A program made the translations under genes and the position numbers. A stretch of DNA of 64,000 nt, from the IMG/VR virus record IMGVR_UViG_3300028764_000001; one strand, written 5' to 3'. The notes under the pieces are model-generated. The model saw only the letters and a list, made by a program, of their open reading frames with translations, was not told the DNA's origin and did no database searches. The first letter of the stretch is position 1, and each line of letters begins with the position of its first letter. This DNA comes from an uncultured virus (IMG/VR IMGVR_UViG_3300028764_000001). Taxonomy: Duplodnaviria; Heunggongvirae; Uroviricota; Caudoviricetes. Shown here in pieces: positions 30,360 through 39,529 of the stretch.

Positions 30360-30755
30360 ATGAACAATACAGAACTATTAAAACTAGAAGAAGCTCATAA
30401 CCGGGCAAAGAATTACGTAGAGTCATTCCTTAATGGTAGACTTACTATAGAGCAATTCAGGTATCGTATGGTACAGCTAGTAAGGCAATCCACTATTGAT
30501 GCCTTCACTTTAAACGATGGTATACTATTAGTAAACCAATTACTAGATGAGTATATCTCAGACCCAGTAATGTACCGCTACAATATCTGGGATGCATCCC
30601 TTCAAGAACTAAGCATCATAAGCTTATTCAACCCGAATGGTATGATAGAACCAGGGGAAGAAAAAGAGACTCCCAAGAAGGAATCAGTATCTCAACAAAA
30701 ACAAAGGTACCTGGATGAAAAGGAAGGTACAATGACTGGGCCACGTTCTCATTAA
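30360..30755 (+). CDS. Hypothetical protein
   Basis: Operon ORF before a terminator. Confidence 0.65.
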   Translation: MNNTELLKLEEAHNRAKNYVESFLNGRLTIEQFRYRMVQLVRQSTIDAFTLNDGILLVNQLLDEYISDPVMYRYNIWDASLQELSIISLFNPNGMIEPGEEKETPKKESVSQQKQRYLDEKEGTMTGPRSH

Positions 30756-30773
30756 GTAATAAACCCACCAGCT

Positions 30774-30810
30774 AAGGCCTATTCCATTAAGGGGTAGGCC
30801 TTTTTTGTGG
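30774..30810 (+). terminator. Intrinsic terminator with TTTTTTGTG tail
   Basis: aaggcctattcc-attaa-ggggtaggcctt followed by ttttgtgg. Confidence 0.85.
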
Positions 30811-30954
30811 ATTGAAAAAGTGGATGCAACACCCAATGGCCTCACTTACTAGTATTTCCATATTTACAATGCATATATAATCTTAGCTTGTAAGCATAGT
30901 TTTTACTAGGAAGATTGCCTAACCCTTATTAAATTGATAATATTTTGTATTAAT

Positions 30955-30985
30955 ATATATATGTCAGAAAATATTATTATATTTG
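30955..30985 (+). promoter_or_regulatory. Bacteroidetes sigma-A-type promoter
   Basis: TATATTTG at 30978-30985. Confidence 0.75.
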
Positions 30986-31023
30986 CATATTATTATTTTA
31001 ATCAATTTAAAACTCAACCCAAA

Positions 31024-31356
31024 ATGGCTACAACACAGAAACTTATCAAAACAACATTTGACCTACTTACAGAGCATATGCAGGATCCCCTAATCAACCT
31101 TTATAATAGGTGGCAGGATGAAAAACAATATGAAGACTTTAAGGATTACCAAAAGGTCTTACAGGAGATCTTCAATACTAAAATCAAAGGCAAGGACACC
31201 CAGTGTACTTTAACTTTCACTAAAGCAACAAGAAGACCTTTTGGCATTCAGTTCTGGCTCAGGAATAACAATGTAAAGGAGTTACAAAAACTATCTTATG
31301 AAATGAACGTAACACCCACTACATTTAATACAGTATTAAAAAACATACCCGCATAA
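31024..31356 (+). CDS. Hypothetical early protein
   Basis: Start ATG 31024; YNRWQDEKQYEDFKDY...TRRPFG. Confidence 0.7.
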   Translation: MATTQKLIKTTFDLLTEHMQDPLINLYNRWQDEKQYEDFKDYQKVLQEIFNTKIKGKDTQCTLTFTKATRRPFGIQFWLRNNNVKELQKLSYEMNVTPTTFNTVLKNIPA

Positions 31357-31360
31357 CATT

Positions 31361-31633
31361 ATGGCTACAAAAACTCAATCACTCAACACTCTCAAGAAAG
31401 GTGATTACTTCAAAATGGTAACACCTTTCAAATGTATCATCAAAATCAGTGATGATAAAAAGACCATCAGCCACGTAAATGTACCAGAGAAAATATCTAA
31501 AACAGTATATGTATACGATGGCTGGAACAAATATGGCAGATGCTGGAACTATCACCCCTTTAATAATGCATCCTCTGGTGACATACATACTAAGAACAAA
31601 AACAAACTTGTAACAACAGACTTCGAATTTTAA
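31361..31633 (+). CDS. Hypothetical protein
   Basis: LNTLKKGDYF...TDFEF small beta-rich ORF. Confidence 0.7.
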   Translation: MATKTQSLNTLKKGDYFKMVTPFKCIIKISDDKKTISHVNVPEKISKTVYVYDGWNKYGRCWNYHPFNNASSGDIHTKNKNKLVTTDFEF

Positions 31634-31646
31634 ATACAGAAACATT

Positions 31647-31934
31647 ATGACAGGAAAACAAATTGAAGGCATCATTAAACCTCTACTTGGGCCATACATT
31701 ACAGATGACCGATTTGAAAAAGCTATTAATAAAATCATGACACTACATAACACTGCCATCAACAAAGTTAGGGATAAGGCTAAACCCCATGAAGAAGTAA
31801 AGGAGGAAAGAACATATGAAGATATCATGGGAAAACCACTTTGCCCATTCAGGGGAAATGCTTGCTCCAACACTAACGATGGTAAGAAAGGTAACTGTGC
31901 ACGATGTAGAGTATCTGAAATGTATGACGATTAA
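31647..31934 (+). CDS. Hypothetical protein with C-terminal 4-Cys motif
   Basis: CPF...C...CARC. Confidence 0.65.
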   Translation: MTGKQIEGIIKPLLGPYITDDRFEKAINKIMTLHNTAINKVRDKAKPHEEVKEERTYEDIMGKPLCPFRGNACSNTNDGKKGNCARCRVSEMYDD

Positions 31935-31995
31935 GGCTCAATTTCTAGTACCACTTACCCATCCATAGAAAATTATATTTATTTGAACAATTATA

Positions 31996-32026
31996 GTATT
32001 ATATTGTTTTACTTATATTATCTTTG
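31996..32026 (+). promoter_or_regulatory. Bacteroidetes sigma-A-type promoter
   Basis: TATCTTTG at 32019-32026. Confidence 0.7.
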
Positions 32027-32068
32027 TAATGTCAATTTTATTAATCAATTATTTAAAAACTTTACACA

Positions 32069-32575
32069 ATGACAACAACCACAATCGCAAAGAATGCACA
32101 AGGTGCAGCTCCTGCAACAGATTCCAAAACATCTGCCCCTAAGGCAGAAGTAACCAAAACAGTTAAAGGTTCTAAGGAAACCAAGGAAAAGCTATCAAAG
32201 CCAGTTGAAACAATCAATCTGAAATCAGTTCTGCCGGCACTTGACAAATCCTTATTCATTGAAAAATCACGTGGAGGTAACCGGGAAAATGTTTACCACA
32301 AAGAACTCTTCGAAAACCTTACTGAAAAGGAAAGAAAAACACTCCGGAGAAACATGCGTACAAACCTGGAAAGCTTTGCTTCATCATTCATCGAATTCAA
32401 TACCAAGAAGGAAATTGCGAAACTGAAAAAACTGAAGGACTCCTTCGATGCCTATTACAAAAAGGTATACCGGATCAATGATTTAACCGTTGCCTCCATC
32501 CTGCCGGGAAATGCTGGACCAGAAAAACAAAAGGAAGTTGCTAAGATGCTTGAAATCCTCAAAAGCATAAAGTAA
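32069..32575 (+). CDS. Basic early protein, paralog of 40083..40598
   Basis: LDKSLF...ENVY...RRNMRTNLESFASSFI...VY.INDL...KMLEILK aligns with 40083. Confidence 0.85.
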   Translation: MTTTTIAKNAQGAAPATDSKTSAPKAEVTKTVKGSKETKEKLSKPVETINLKSVLPALDKSLFIEKSRGGNRENVYHKELFENLTEKERKTLRRNMRTNLESFASSFIEFNTKKEIAKLKKLKDSFDAYYKKVYRINDLTVASILPGNAGPEKQKEVAKMLEILKSIK

Positions 32576-32600
32576 CCCACCAGTCAGGGGTCTTATAAGT

Positions 32601-32638
32601 AAAAGGTGGTCCTACTTTGGGACCATTTTTTGTGTGTG
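32601..32638 (+). terminator. Intrinsic terminator with TTTTTTGTGTGTG tail
   Basis: aaaaggtggtcc...ggaccatttt followed by ttgtgtgtg. Confidence 0.85.
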
Positions 32639-32727
32639 AATAGGAACTAGTGATGGCCTATAAAATGTTATCCCATCCCAGGATCCCAACCCCATCCATT
32701 AATGAATGAAAAAAATAAGATAATAAT

Positions 32728-32758
32728 TTTGTATATTCAATATATTATATTAATTTTG
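32728..32758 (+). promoter_or_regulatory. Bacteroidetes sigma-A-type promoter
   Basis: TTTG (32728), 19-nt spacer, TAATTTTG (32751). Confidence 0.8.
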
Positions 32759-32801
32759 AAGAGTAATAAATATACAAACAATTTAAAACCCAACTAATAC
32801 C

Positions 32802-33188
32802 ATGACAGAAACAACATTCAGGTTAAGGATCATCCCTAATCAAGGAGCAAAACCTATATTTGCAGACTTACATAGACTAGACTACGATGCACTGCTAGTT
32901 CAATCCAAGGTAGAGGGGACCTTTAAGGTATACCTGGTTAGATCCATCTTCAACAATGAAAAGGTAAGGATAACACCCATGAAGAAGATACAGAAACATA
33001 TCCACCCTAATCAACCTTTCTTAACTCAGCGGGAGGAGGATATGGCTTGGGGAGCATTAAGAAGGAAACTAGCAGATGATGATAGGAGTATATCCGAAGA
33101 TGATATTAATGGGGCAACAGATAAACTTTTCTATGATGCCCATGGTTTTGAACACAACACATTTGAATACTACCCTATAAAACTATAA
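32802..33188 (+). CDS. Hypothetical early protein
   Basis: 128-aa ORF after a promoter. Confidence 0.7.
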   Translation: MTETTFRLRIIPNQGAKPIFADLHRLDYDALLVQSKVEGTFKVYLVRSIFNNEKVRITPMKKIQKHIHPNQPFLTQREEDMAWGALRRKLADDDRSISEDDINGATDKLFYDAHGFEHNTFEYYPIKL

Positions 33189-33192
33189 TAAA

Positions 33193-34323
33193 ATGAAAAC
33201 AAGAATCCTAACAGAAGAAGAACCATTTGCAGACTTAATCTGTTTTCACCTAAGGAAAGAATTCCCAGGTATTACTACATTAAGTACTTGCGAATTAGTT
33301 GAGGCCTTATCCAATGAGATAATAGGCACCAAGGAAGTAAGGTATGGTTCATTGCCAATACCAGAATCCCTGGTAATTATCAGGGAAGCAATCAGGGATG
33401 CAATCAAAGCTGACCTCCCAATCCCTATATTAGTTCCCTGGGGTAGCATCAAAGCAAACTTTTCAAAGAGCTTAGATATTGCCGAGGTATCTGCAATTCA
33501 AAGGCTAGTACAACTTCAAAACAACATCAAGTCATATTACAAACCTGGAGCAGAAATAGTAATCAGGGTGGAAGATACCTCTGCCTATACCTTATTCTCT
33601 CTGGAAAATGATGGAGAAACTAATAAGAACATTGATTCCTACTCCGGGGATATGCAAACCCTGGTTAATATCCTAAGCCCAGCTGATGGGAGTACTGGAA
33701 GCATAAGAGTACTACTCGAAAGCAGTATGCCCCAAGCTCTTAACTTTAACAGCACAGCCTTCTACAAGAACCAAACGAGGATATACAACTACCTGAGGGC
33801 AACTAGAGATATGGAAGATCCCCAAGAGATGATGGCAACAAAACAGTATGATGTACTTAGAGATAATGGCTGGAAAGGTTACATTTCTAAAGTACAAAGG
33901 GAACACTACCTTTCAAATTACAGAAGGATATATGATTGGGATGAGGATACAAACCTCCATAGGCTATCCTTATACTTTGCAGGTGCCTGGAGAAGGTTCC
34001 AACTTAATATGACCGGGAAACAGGAATATTGGGATAAGTTTATCCAACTGAACTACACTGCCCCCATTAAAGGTTTACCTGAAGGTTACGGATATAATAC
34101 CATATATTATCGAACATTGCCTTTATCAGAAGCAAGGACACATATGAGTCCATGGAGGTCAAAGGGTTACCTTAAGATCAATGGCAACACATTAACCCAT
34201 AAACTTACTACCTGGACGGATACTGAATTAATCAGCAGGCTAACCAAAGTAGATATGGTACTAAGCAATGAAGACAATTCACTATCAGTAATAATTGAGG
34301 CTGACTACTTATTAGAAGCCTAA
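33193..34323 (+). CDS. PvcA/IsnA/DIT1 isonitrile-synthase-like protein
   Basis: PIPILVPWGSIK...LDIAEVSAIQRLVQLQNNIKSYYKPGAEIVIRVED and C-terminal SPW resemble the DIT1_PvcA pattern (PI.fvLPaFPfK...PD.aE...L..l...i...Y.pGa.i.i.sD...tPW). Confidence 0.6.
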   Translation: MKTRILTEEEPFADLICFHLRKEFPGITTLSTCELVEALSNEIIGTKEVRYGSLPIPESLVIIREAIRDAIKADLPIPILVPWGSIKANFSKSLDIAEVSAIQRLVQLQNNIKSYYKPGAEIVIRVEDTSAYTLFSLENDGETNKNIDSYSGDMQTLVNILSPADGSTGSIRVLLESSMPQALNFNSTAFYKNQTRIYNYLRATRDMEDPQEMMATKQYDVLRDNGWKGYISKVQREHYLSNYRRIYDWDEDTNLHRLSLYFAGAWRRFQLNMTGKQEYWDKFIQLNYTAPIKGLPEGYGYNTIYYRTLPLSEARTHMSPWRSKGYLKINGNTLTHKLTTWTDTELISRLTKVDMVLSNEDNSLSVIIEADYLLEA

Positions 34324-34343
34324 AACAAAGGGGGAGGATTACC

Positions 34344-34643
34344 ATGGGTAAGGCAATATATAAGGTGCATCTAGTAAGCACAACACCAATAGCAAAAGAA
34401 ATAGTAGTCCAAGTAAATGAAAGACGTTTGGAAGACCTCAGGGCTATGGCAAAAGACTATGGTCTCTTCACTGTAAACATTAGATCAGGGCCAATTTCAG
34501 TAGGATCCCACCAGCTAAGGCAATCACCACAAAGGCTCATCCTGAGATTCTTTGCAGAACTAAGTGGCATTACCTTTGATTCTAACAATAAGGTAAAACA
34601 TTACCCAGGACAAGGCATAATACCATTTGAGAATCCTCCCTAA
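34344..34643 (+). CDS. Hypothetical protein
   Basis: 99-aa ORF. Confidence 0.6.
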   Translation: MGKAIYKVHLVSTTPIAKEIVVQVNERRLEDLRAMAKDYGLFTVNIRSGPISVGSHQLRQSPQRLILRFFAELSGITFDSNNKVKHYPGQGIIPFENPP

Positions 34644-34656
34644 ACTATAAATAAAT

Positions 34657-34687
34657 TTTGATAATTCAGTATTTATATGTATATTTG
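34657..34687 (+). promoter_or_regulatory. Bacteroidetes sigma-A-type promoter
   Basis: TTTG (34657), 19-nt spacer, TATATTTG (34680). Confidence 0.85.
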
Positions 34688-34710
34688 TAGATAATTAAAA
34701 ATAAATAAAA

Positions 34711-35052
34711 ATGACAATTCCAACTTTAACTCAACCCGCTTTCCTCGAATGGCAACGGAACCATTTTACTGAGGAAGAACAAGTACCAGTTCTTGAATTT
34801 CTATCTGGCCTAGAAGGTGACTCTAAGTTCCTAGAACTACTGCACTATTTCAACCTGGAGTCCTACACTTATTCAATCAACGATGATGAAACCATTTGCT
34901 GGCACAACTTCTCATTTGAAATCATGGCAACAGAATTAACTCATGCCCAGGTATATAAAATCATCCAAGAATTACAGGATGACAATCAACCAGTTCCTGC
35001 ATACTCTTACTATATTGGCTCACTTTACTTAACAATCATAGGACTTGCATAA
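34711..35052 (+). CDS. Acidic hypothetical early protein
   Basis: 113-aa ORF after a promoter. Confidence 0.7.
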   Translation: MTIPTLTQPAFLEWQRNHFTEEEQVPVLEFLSGLEGDSKFLELLHYFNLESYTYSINDDETICWHNFSFEIMATELTHAQVYKIIQELQDDNQPVPAYSYYIGSLYLTIIGLA

Positions 35053-35237
35053 TGAAAACAACAGAAGTAAGGCCTCAGAAACCAGTAGTACCCTACCTTA
35101 GATGGTGGGATAGCTTATCCTACAGTGAACACACTGCTATAATCATAGTAGAGAACATGAGCTATGAACAAACATTAGAACAGTTCAAACAAAACATGTC
35201 ATTCCTATACAACAAATATAAACACTTAATAAAATAA
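35052..35237 (+). CDS. Hypothetical protein
   Basis: TAATG overlap; WWDSLS motif. Confidence 0.6.
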   Translation: MKTTEVRPQKPVVPYLRWWDSLSYSEHTAIIIVENMSYEQTLEQFKQNMSFLYNKYKHLIK

Positions 35238-35240
35238 ACC

Positions 35241-35447
35241 ATGAGCAAAGATCTATCAAACCTCCTAACAGAGATGGTATCATTCGTATCTGGCATTACA
35301 CCAGAAGAAATAGCTAAGGCTAAAGCTAAAGTACTTAAGCCAACTGAATTAAAAAACCTCCATCAACTCCAAAGAGAATGGGCAGAAGGTGCCTATGATG
35401 AAGACCCAGAGACTGTAGTATCTGAACTAAGGCATTACATAAACTAA
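35241..35447 (+). CDS. Hypothetical protein
   Basis: Operon ORF. Confidence 0.65.
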   Translation: MSKDLSNLLTEMVSFVSGITPEEIAKAKAKVLKPTELKNLHQLQREWAEGAYDEDPETVVSELRHYIN

Positions 35448-35455
35448 ACATCCCC

Positions 35456-35614
35456 ATGAAAACAATCAAAGTAATCCTCATCCTCTTTACCCTGGTATTA
35501 ACCAGTTGTGCAACCCCAAAAATCAACAACAGGGGCTTATATAATAAACAAACTACTCATTACCCAAAGCCCATAAATACAGGCAGTATTAACTCTAGCG
35601 GACTACACCAATGA
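35456..35614 (+). CDS. Small lipoprotein (52 aa, absent from ORF track)
   Basis: MKTIKVILILFTLVLTS-C lipobox; stop overlaps the next ATG. Confidence 0.65.
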   Translation: MKTIKVILILFTLVLTSCATPKINNRGLYNKQTTHYPKPINTGSINSSGLHQ

Positions 35615-36012
35615 AAACAATTACCACCACAGCAGAAGCTATTGCTATAGTACTAAAGAAAGCTTGCAACTTTCAGAAATATGCAACAGAAAAAGAACTC
35701 ACAGCACTAACAATTGATAAGGCACAGGATGCACTAATAGAAAGACTTATCAAAGAGTTAGGGCCATTCAAATACACCTACAGTAGGCTTCAAATGTATA
35801 ATGCACTTAAATCTCTAAAGGGTCATCAGTATCAGGGTGTTACACTTGTATTAGAGGAGGAAGAATACAACTACCTAATGGTAACTATACTAGAAGGAGA
35901 TGAATTCTCTACCCCATTCAAAGATCCCATTGAATTACTAATGGAATGGCTAGACGATGGAGAAGATGATTACCAAGTACCAAACCTAGATAATTACAAA
36001 CCAGTCAACTAA
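35611..36012 (+). CDS. Hypothetical protein
   Basis: 133-aa ORF. Confidence 0.7.
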   Translation: MKTITTTAEAIAIVLKKACNFQKYATEKELTALTIDKAQDALIERLIKELGPFKYTYSRLQMYNALKSLKGHQYQGVTLVLEEEEYNYLMVTILEGDEFSTPFKDPIELLMEWLDDGEDDYQVPNLDNYKPVN

Positions 36013-36026
36013 TAACAAAGACTAAT

Positions 36027-36250
36027 ATGAAACTAAGGCTAAAACAATTATTGAGCCATTCAACAGTAACCAGATTAAAGAAGGGCAAACCTTCAAAGTA
36101 GTAAGGGTATACAAATCCTATACTGATCAATATGTAATGGCACTAAAAGGGAATGAGAACTCAGCAATAGTGGCTGTCTCTCTATTACCCTTCTTTGAAG
36201 AGATAATAGAATCACAGGAATCTAATTTCCCACCTACAGATAACATGTAA
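36027..36250 (+). pseudogene. Small gene broken by a 1-nt frameshift (or sequencing error)
   Basis: The ATG 36027 frame stops after 24 aa; the -1 frame is open to TAA 36250 and fills the operon gap. Confidence 0.55.
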
Positions 36251-36254
36251 CAAT

Positions 36255-36521
36255 ATGAACATCAAACAATGGGAACTCATCCAACATAGAGAAGGAACCT
36301 GGCATAGCCTATGTAACAATGCAACACCTCTACCTAAAACAAACAAAGATATGAATAATGAATCAATAGCTTCAATAAATCGATGGTACATTAGCCTGGG
36401 CCGGGAAACCATAACTACATTACACACATGGGTCCTCCACAACCCTAATTCTCCTGAACCCTTCACATGCTATTCATATAGGGAATACTTATATACCACA
36501 TTCCACCAATCCCTCCTATAA
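36255..36521 (+). CDS. Hypothetical protein
   Basis: Operon ORF. Confidence 0.55.
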   Translation: MNIKQWELIQHREGTWHSLCNNATPLPKTNKDMNNESIASINRWYISLGRETITTLHTWVLHNPNSPEPFTCYSYREYLYTTFHQSLL

Positions 36522-36535
36522 AACAAGGAAACATT

Positions 36536-36769
36536 ATGAACATAGGATATAAATACTTAATCTGGGTAACCATCAACATACTAATGATGGTACCCGCCTC
36601 ATACACCATATATAAGTTGATGAATGAAACAAAACAACCTACCTACAAAAGGTACATCGAATGGATTATGGACGATTCTAATAATGGCCTACATGAGACA
36701 TTATACATTGTAGCTGTACTAATCATCCTATGCTTTATCATTGATACCACTATTCTTCTCCCACTCTAA
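36536..36769 (+). CDS. Small membrane protein (2 TM)
   Basis: Two hydrophobic segments. Confidence 0.6.
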   Translation: MNIGYKYLIWVTINILMMVPASYTIYKLMNETKQPTYKRYIEWIMDDSNNGLHETLYIVAVLIILCFIIDTTILLPL

Positions 36770-36790
36770 AACAAAGAAATAATCTAAATT

Positions 36791-36961
36791 ATGATACAAC
36801 CAATAAGCCAATACCAATGGTATAATAACTTAACCAAGGCTGATTCTTATTTCATTTCTAATTACTTATCTAAGTATTACAGTACACTATATGGGGTACA
36901 TCTAACTATGGCTAATGTCATGTACATAGGTTACAGTATGTATCATAAATCTATACATTAA
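36791..36961 (+). CDS. Small hypothetical protein (56 aa, absent from ORF track)
   Basis: MIQPISQYQWYNNLTKADSYF...; last gene before a terminator. Confidence 0.5.
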   Translation: MIQPISQYQWYNNLTKADSYFISNYLSKYYSTLYGVHLTMANVMYIGYSMYHKSIH

Positions 36962-37022
36962 AGGTACATCAAACCAAGGTACATTATACAACATTCTTAT
37001 ACATTAATCTAATAAGCTAATC

Positions 37023-37062
37023 AAAGGTCTTCATGGATATCTGTCCGTGGGGATTTTTTGTG
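37023..37062 (+). terminator. Intrinsic terminator with TTTTTTGTG tail
   Basis: aaaggtcttcatggata-tc-tgtccgtggggatttt followed by ttgtg. Confidence 0.75.
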
Positions 37063-37140
37063 ATCGAAATCTGAGGACTCTGTCACAGCCTTCCAGCCAT
37101 AGTCTACTATAGCTCTACAGCGATAAAGCCAATCCTCTTA

Positions 37141-37420
37141 AGGTACCTTAAATGAGGCCTCAAAAAGGCCTTTTCAGAGCTTTTTACTAGGGTAAAGCTA
37201 AGGGTAAAAAGGCAGAGGATTGGTGAGGATTAAGGTACATTTAAGGCCCATAGGATTCGATGTTTTAAGGCCCAAATGTCACCAGCTATGGCCCCTTAGG
37301 ATGTAGGCTTAGGCCATAAATTAATAAGGGAATAAGGCCTTTATTAGCCCCATTAGGAAGTAAATTTATTCACCATGGATGGCCCCAAAGGTAAAAGGTA
37401 TTAAGGAAATATGGCCTATA
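37141..37420. repeat. Non-coding GGCC array 1 (9 sites)
   Basis: GGCC at 37156, 37167, 37245, 37269, 37290, 37312, 37336, 37381, 37413. Confidence 0.85.
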
Positions 37421-37530
37421 TACCTACCCATTCCAAGTAAAAGCTTTAATTGCAAAGGTATATTATCTTAGCCAGTTAACTTACATTTTACTAGGAATCA
37501 TACCTAATCCTTAAATAATGATATAAAAAG

Positions 37531-37561
37531 ATTGTATATACAATATATTATATTATCTTTG
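37531..37561 (+). promoter_or_regulatory. Bacteroidetes sigma-A-type promoter
   Basis: TTG...TATCTTTG at 37554-37561. Confidence 0.8.
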
Positions 37562-37606
37562 TGTATTCAATTATTATATACAACAATTTTAAAAATGACT
37601 AAACTT

Positions 37607-38077
37607 ATGGCCACAACCAAATTTGCTTTAATCGTATTAACCTCAAAGGTTGATCCTTCCATTACCCAGTATAATGATAACAGTGATGATCACCATTGCC
37701 TATGCAATTGCCTATCCCGTTCTACTGATAAACCTTTTCTAGAGGAGGAAGCTAGAAGACTAAGTACCCTTAATGATAATACTTATAAGGTAATTAAAAC
37801 TACTGATCTCACTATTTTAAAGGGATTTACAGAAGTCCTTTCTAAGGAATGCTTAATCATAGAAGATTGGGAACACTTCGACACTTCAGAAAAGCCAGAT
37901 AAGGAATTCTCAGAACAACTTGCAAAAGATCCCCTAGATGCTTACCTTGAAGAAGCCAGGAAAAGGAACTACACTGAGCTATCAGATAAGATAGAACATG
38001 GTAAGAACCTAATGGATGCCTTACATATCTTCGATCAAATATGCATCATTGCTTACATTAAATCAATCACTAAATAA
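37607..38077 (+). CDS. Hypothetical early protein
   Basis: Start 37607 (or 37595); leader acaacaattttaaaaatgactaa is identical to the one before 39028. Confidence 0.7.
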   Translation: MATTKFALIVLTSKVDPSITQYNDNSDDHHCLCNCLSRSTDKPFLEEEARRLSTLNDNTYKVIKTTDLTILKGFTEVLSKECLIIEDWEHFDTSEKPDKEFSEQLAKDPLDAYLEEARKRNYTELSDKIEHGKNLMDALHIFDQICIIAYIKSITK

Positions 38078-38088
38078 AACTACATCAA

Positions 38089-38478
38089 ATGAAAACAATC
38101 AACCCTTGCTTGGTAATCCTTATTGCCATTCCCCTACTTATTTCCCTTGCTTGCTATTCCCAAGTTCCCTGGAAGGATAACATCCATAACCCAGATAATG
38201 CAGATTACATTGCTGAGGTTGCCTTTAACCTGGATCTCCCAGACTCTATGGTAACCCAATCCTTATTTAACGAAAGGTATCTGCCTTCATACCAAATGGG
38301 CAGACCCAGGGTAATCTACAAGAAGCCTAAAGCTAAAAGAGATTCCACTACTAATATAACTTATATAGATGGCTACGTAAGATACCCAGTATACGTTACC
38401 CGGAACAATAAGGTATATATATCAAGGATATCGAAGAAGGGGAACTATTATAGGAAGTATATATCCTTAGCCCAATGA
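38089..38478 (+). CDS. Hypothetical exported/membrane-anchored protein
   Basis: N-terminal hydrophobic segment ending SLAC; basic C-terminus. Confidence 0.65.
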   Translation: MKTINPCLVILIAIPLLISLACYSQVPWKDNIHNPDNADYIAEVAFNLDLPDSMVTQSLFNERYLPSYQMGRPRVIYKKPKAKRDSTTNITYIDGYVRYPVYVTRNNKVYISRISKKGNYYRKYISLAQ

Positions 38479-38669
38479 AAATGATCTTAGTGATTTATCC
38501 AATACCCTGGTCTAGGGTAAGGCCAATGCCCATAATAGTATTTGCCTCAGGTATGGTATTAATAATCCTTCCAGCATGGCTATTCCAATTATCAGTTAAG
38601 GAACAGAATGAGACTATAGAATCATATAAACCTTTAAACATTACACCTCATGAAGAAGACATCACCTAA
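38475..38669 (+). CDS. Small membrane protein
   Basis: ATGA overlap; hydrophobic core. Confidence 0.5.
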   Translation: MKMILVIYPIPWSRVRPMPIIVFASGMVLIILPAWLFQLSVKEQNETIESYKPLNITPHEEDIT

Positions 38670-38774
38670 GAATGAACTGGGCTTTGGCATTATAATACTT
38701 ATCATTGCCATCTGCTGTATACTTGCATTTACTTAAAGTGTTCACTACACTGACAAAGGCTACCTAAGCCTTAT

Positions 38775-38822
38775 TAGGATCTTGAGTTTTTAGTCATTCT
38801 CAAGATCCTATTTTTGTGTGTG
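38775..38822 (+). terminator. Intrinsic terminator with TTTTTGTGTGTG tail
   Basis: taggatcttgag...ctcaagatccta followed by tttttgtgtgtg. Confidence 0.85.
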
Positions 38823-38858
38823 AAAGCCACTAGCTATGCACTTGCTTCGGAAGGTTCA

Positions 38859-38941
38859 GGCCTTTATATGCTCCGTAGATGGCCCTAATGTTATTTTGTA
38901 TTTAGAGGCAAGGCCTACATCTCAGGCTTACCTTTAGGGCC
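38859..38941. repeat. Non-coding GGCC array 2 (4 sites)
   Basis: GGCC at 38859, 38881, 38912, 38938. Confidence 0.7.
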
Positions 38942-38950
38942 CTAATTAAA

Positions 38951-38982
38951 TTTGTATATATGAAATAAAATGATTATATTTG
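38951..38982 (+). promoter_or_regulatory. Bacteroidetes sigma-A-type promoter
   Basis: TTTG (38951), 20-nt spacer, TATATTTG (38975). Confidence 0.85.
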
Positions 38983-39027
38983 TAGACTATAATAATATAG
39001 TAACAACAATTTTAAAAATGACTAATT

Positions 39028-39444
39028 ATGCAAAACCTACAAAATTTTACCCAACTCCTTGCCCAACAAATCCTGGATAACCCAGTACCAGACATGGATG
39101 ATGCCCTAACCTCTGAAGGACAGATCATAATGGACTTCCCTGGTTACTCAAGTATGGAACTATCTGTAATACTGGTTGAACACTCTACACCAATGGGTCT
39201 CTCACTTGCCATACTCTTAACCGAGGACGATACCGAAGAAAATACTAACTTCTATACTGAACTCTACGAAGGTATTCTCACCATCGCTGCCATACTAAGG
39301 GACTACCTAGAATCCATCTTTTCAGAAAATACCAACTCTGATGCCTGCTCATTCTCTATAAACTGGGACACTCACCATGGTGCTCAACCTGGGGAAGACG
39401 GACTTTGGGAACTAACCCTGAATATAACGGATTACCTTTCATAA
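39028..39444 (+). CDS. Very acidic early protein (no Lys, one Arg)
   Basis: 138-aa monocistronic cassette, D/E-rich. Confidence 0.75.
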   Translation: MQNLQNFTQLLAQQILDNPVPDMDDALTSEGQIIMDFPGYSSMELSVILVEHSTPMGLSLAILLTEDDTEENTNFYTELYEGILTIAAILRDYLESIFSENTNSDACSFSINWDTHHGAQPGEDGLWELTLNITDYLS

Positions 39445-39465
39445 CCAGCTACCTAGCTACCTACA

Positions 39466-39502
39466 AAAGGTACCCTTATTACTTGGGTACCTTTCTTGTG
39501 TG
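39466..39502 (+). terminator. Intrinsic terminator with TTGTGTG tail
   Basis: aaaggtaccc...gggtaccttt followed by cttgtgtg. Confidence 0.8.
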
Positions 39503-39529
39503 ATTACCTTTCAAACCCACTAGCTACAG

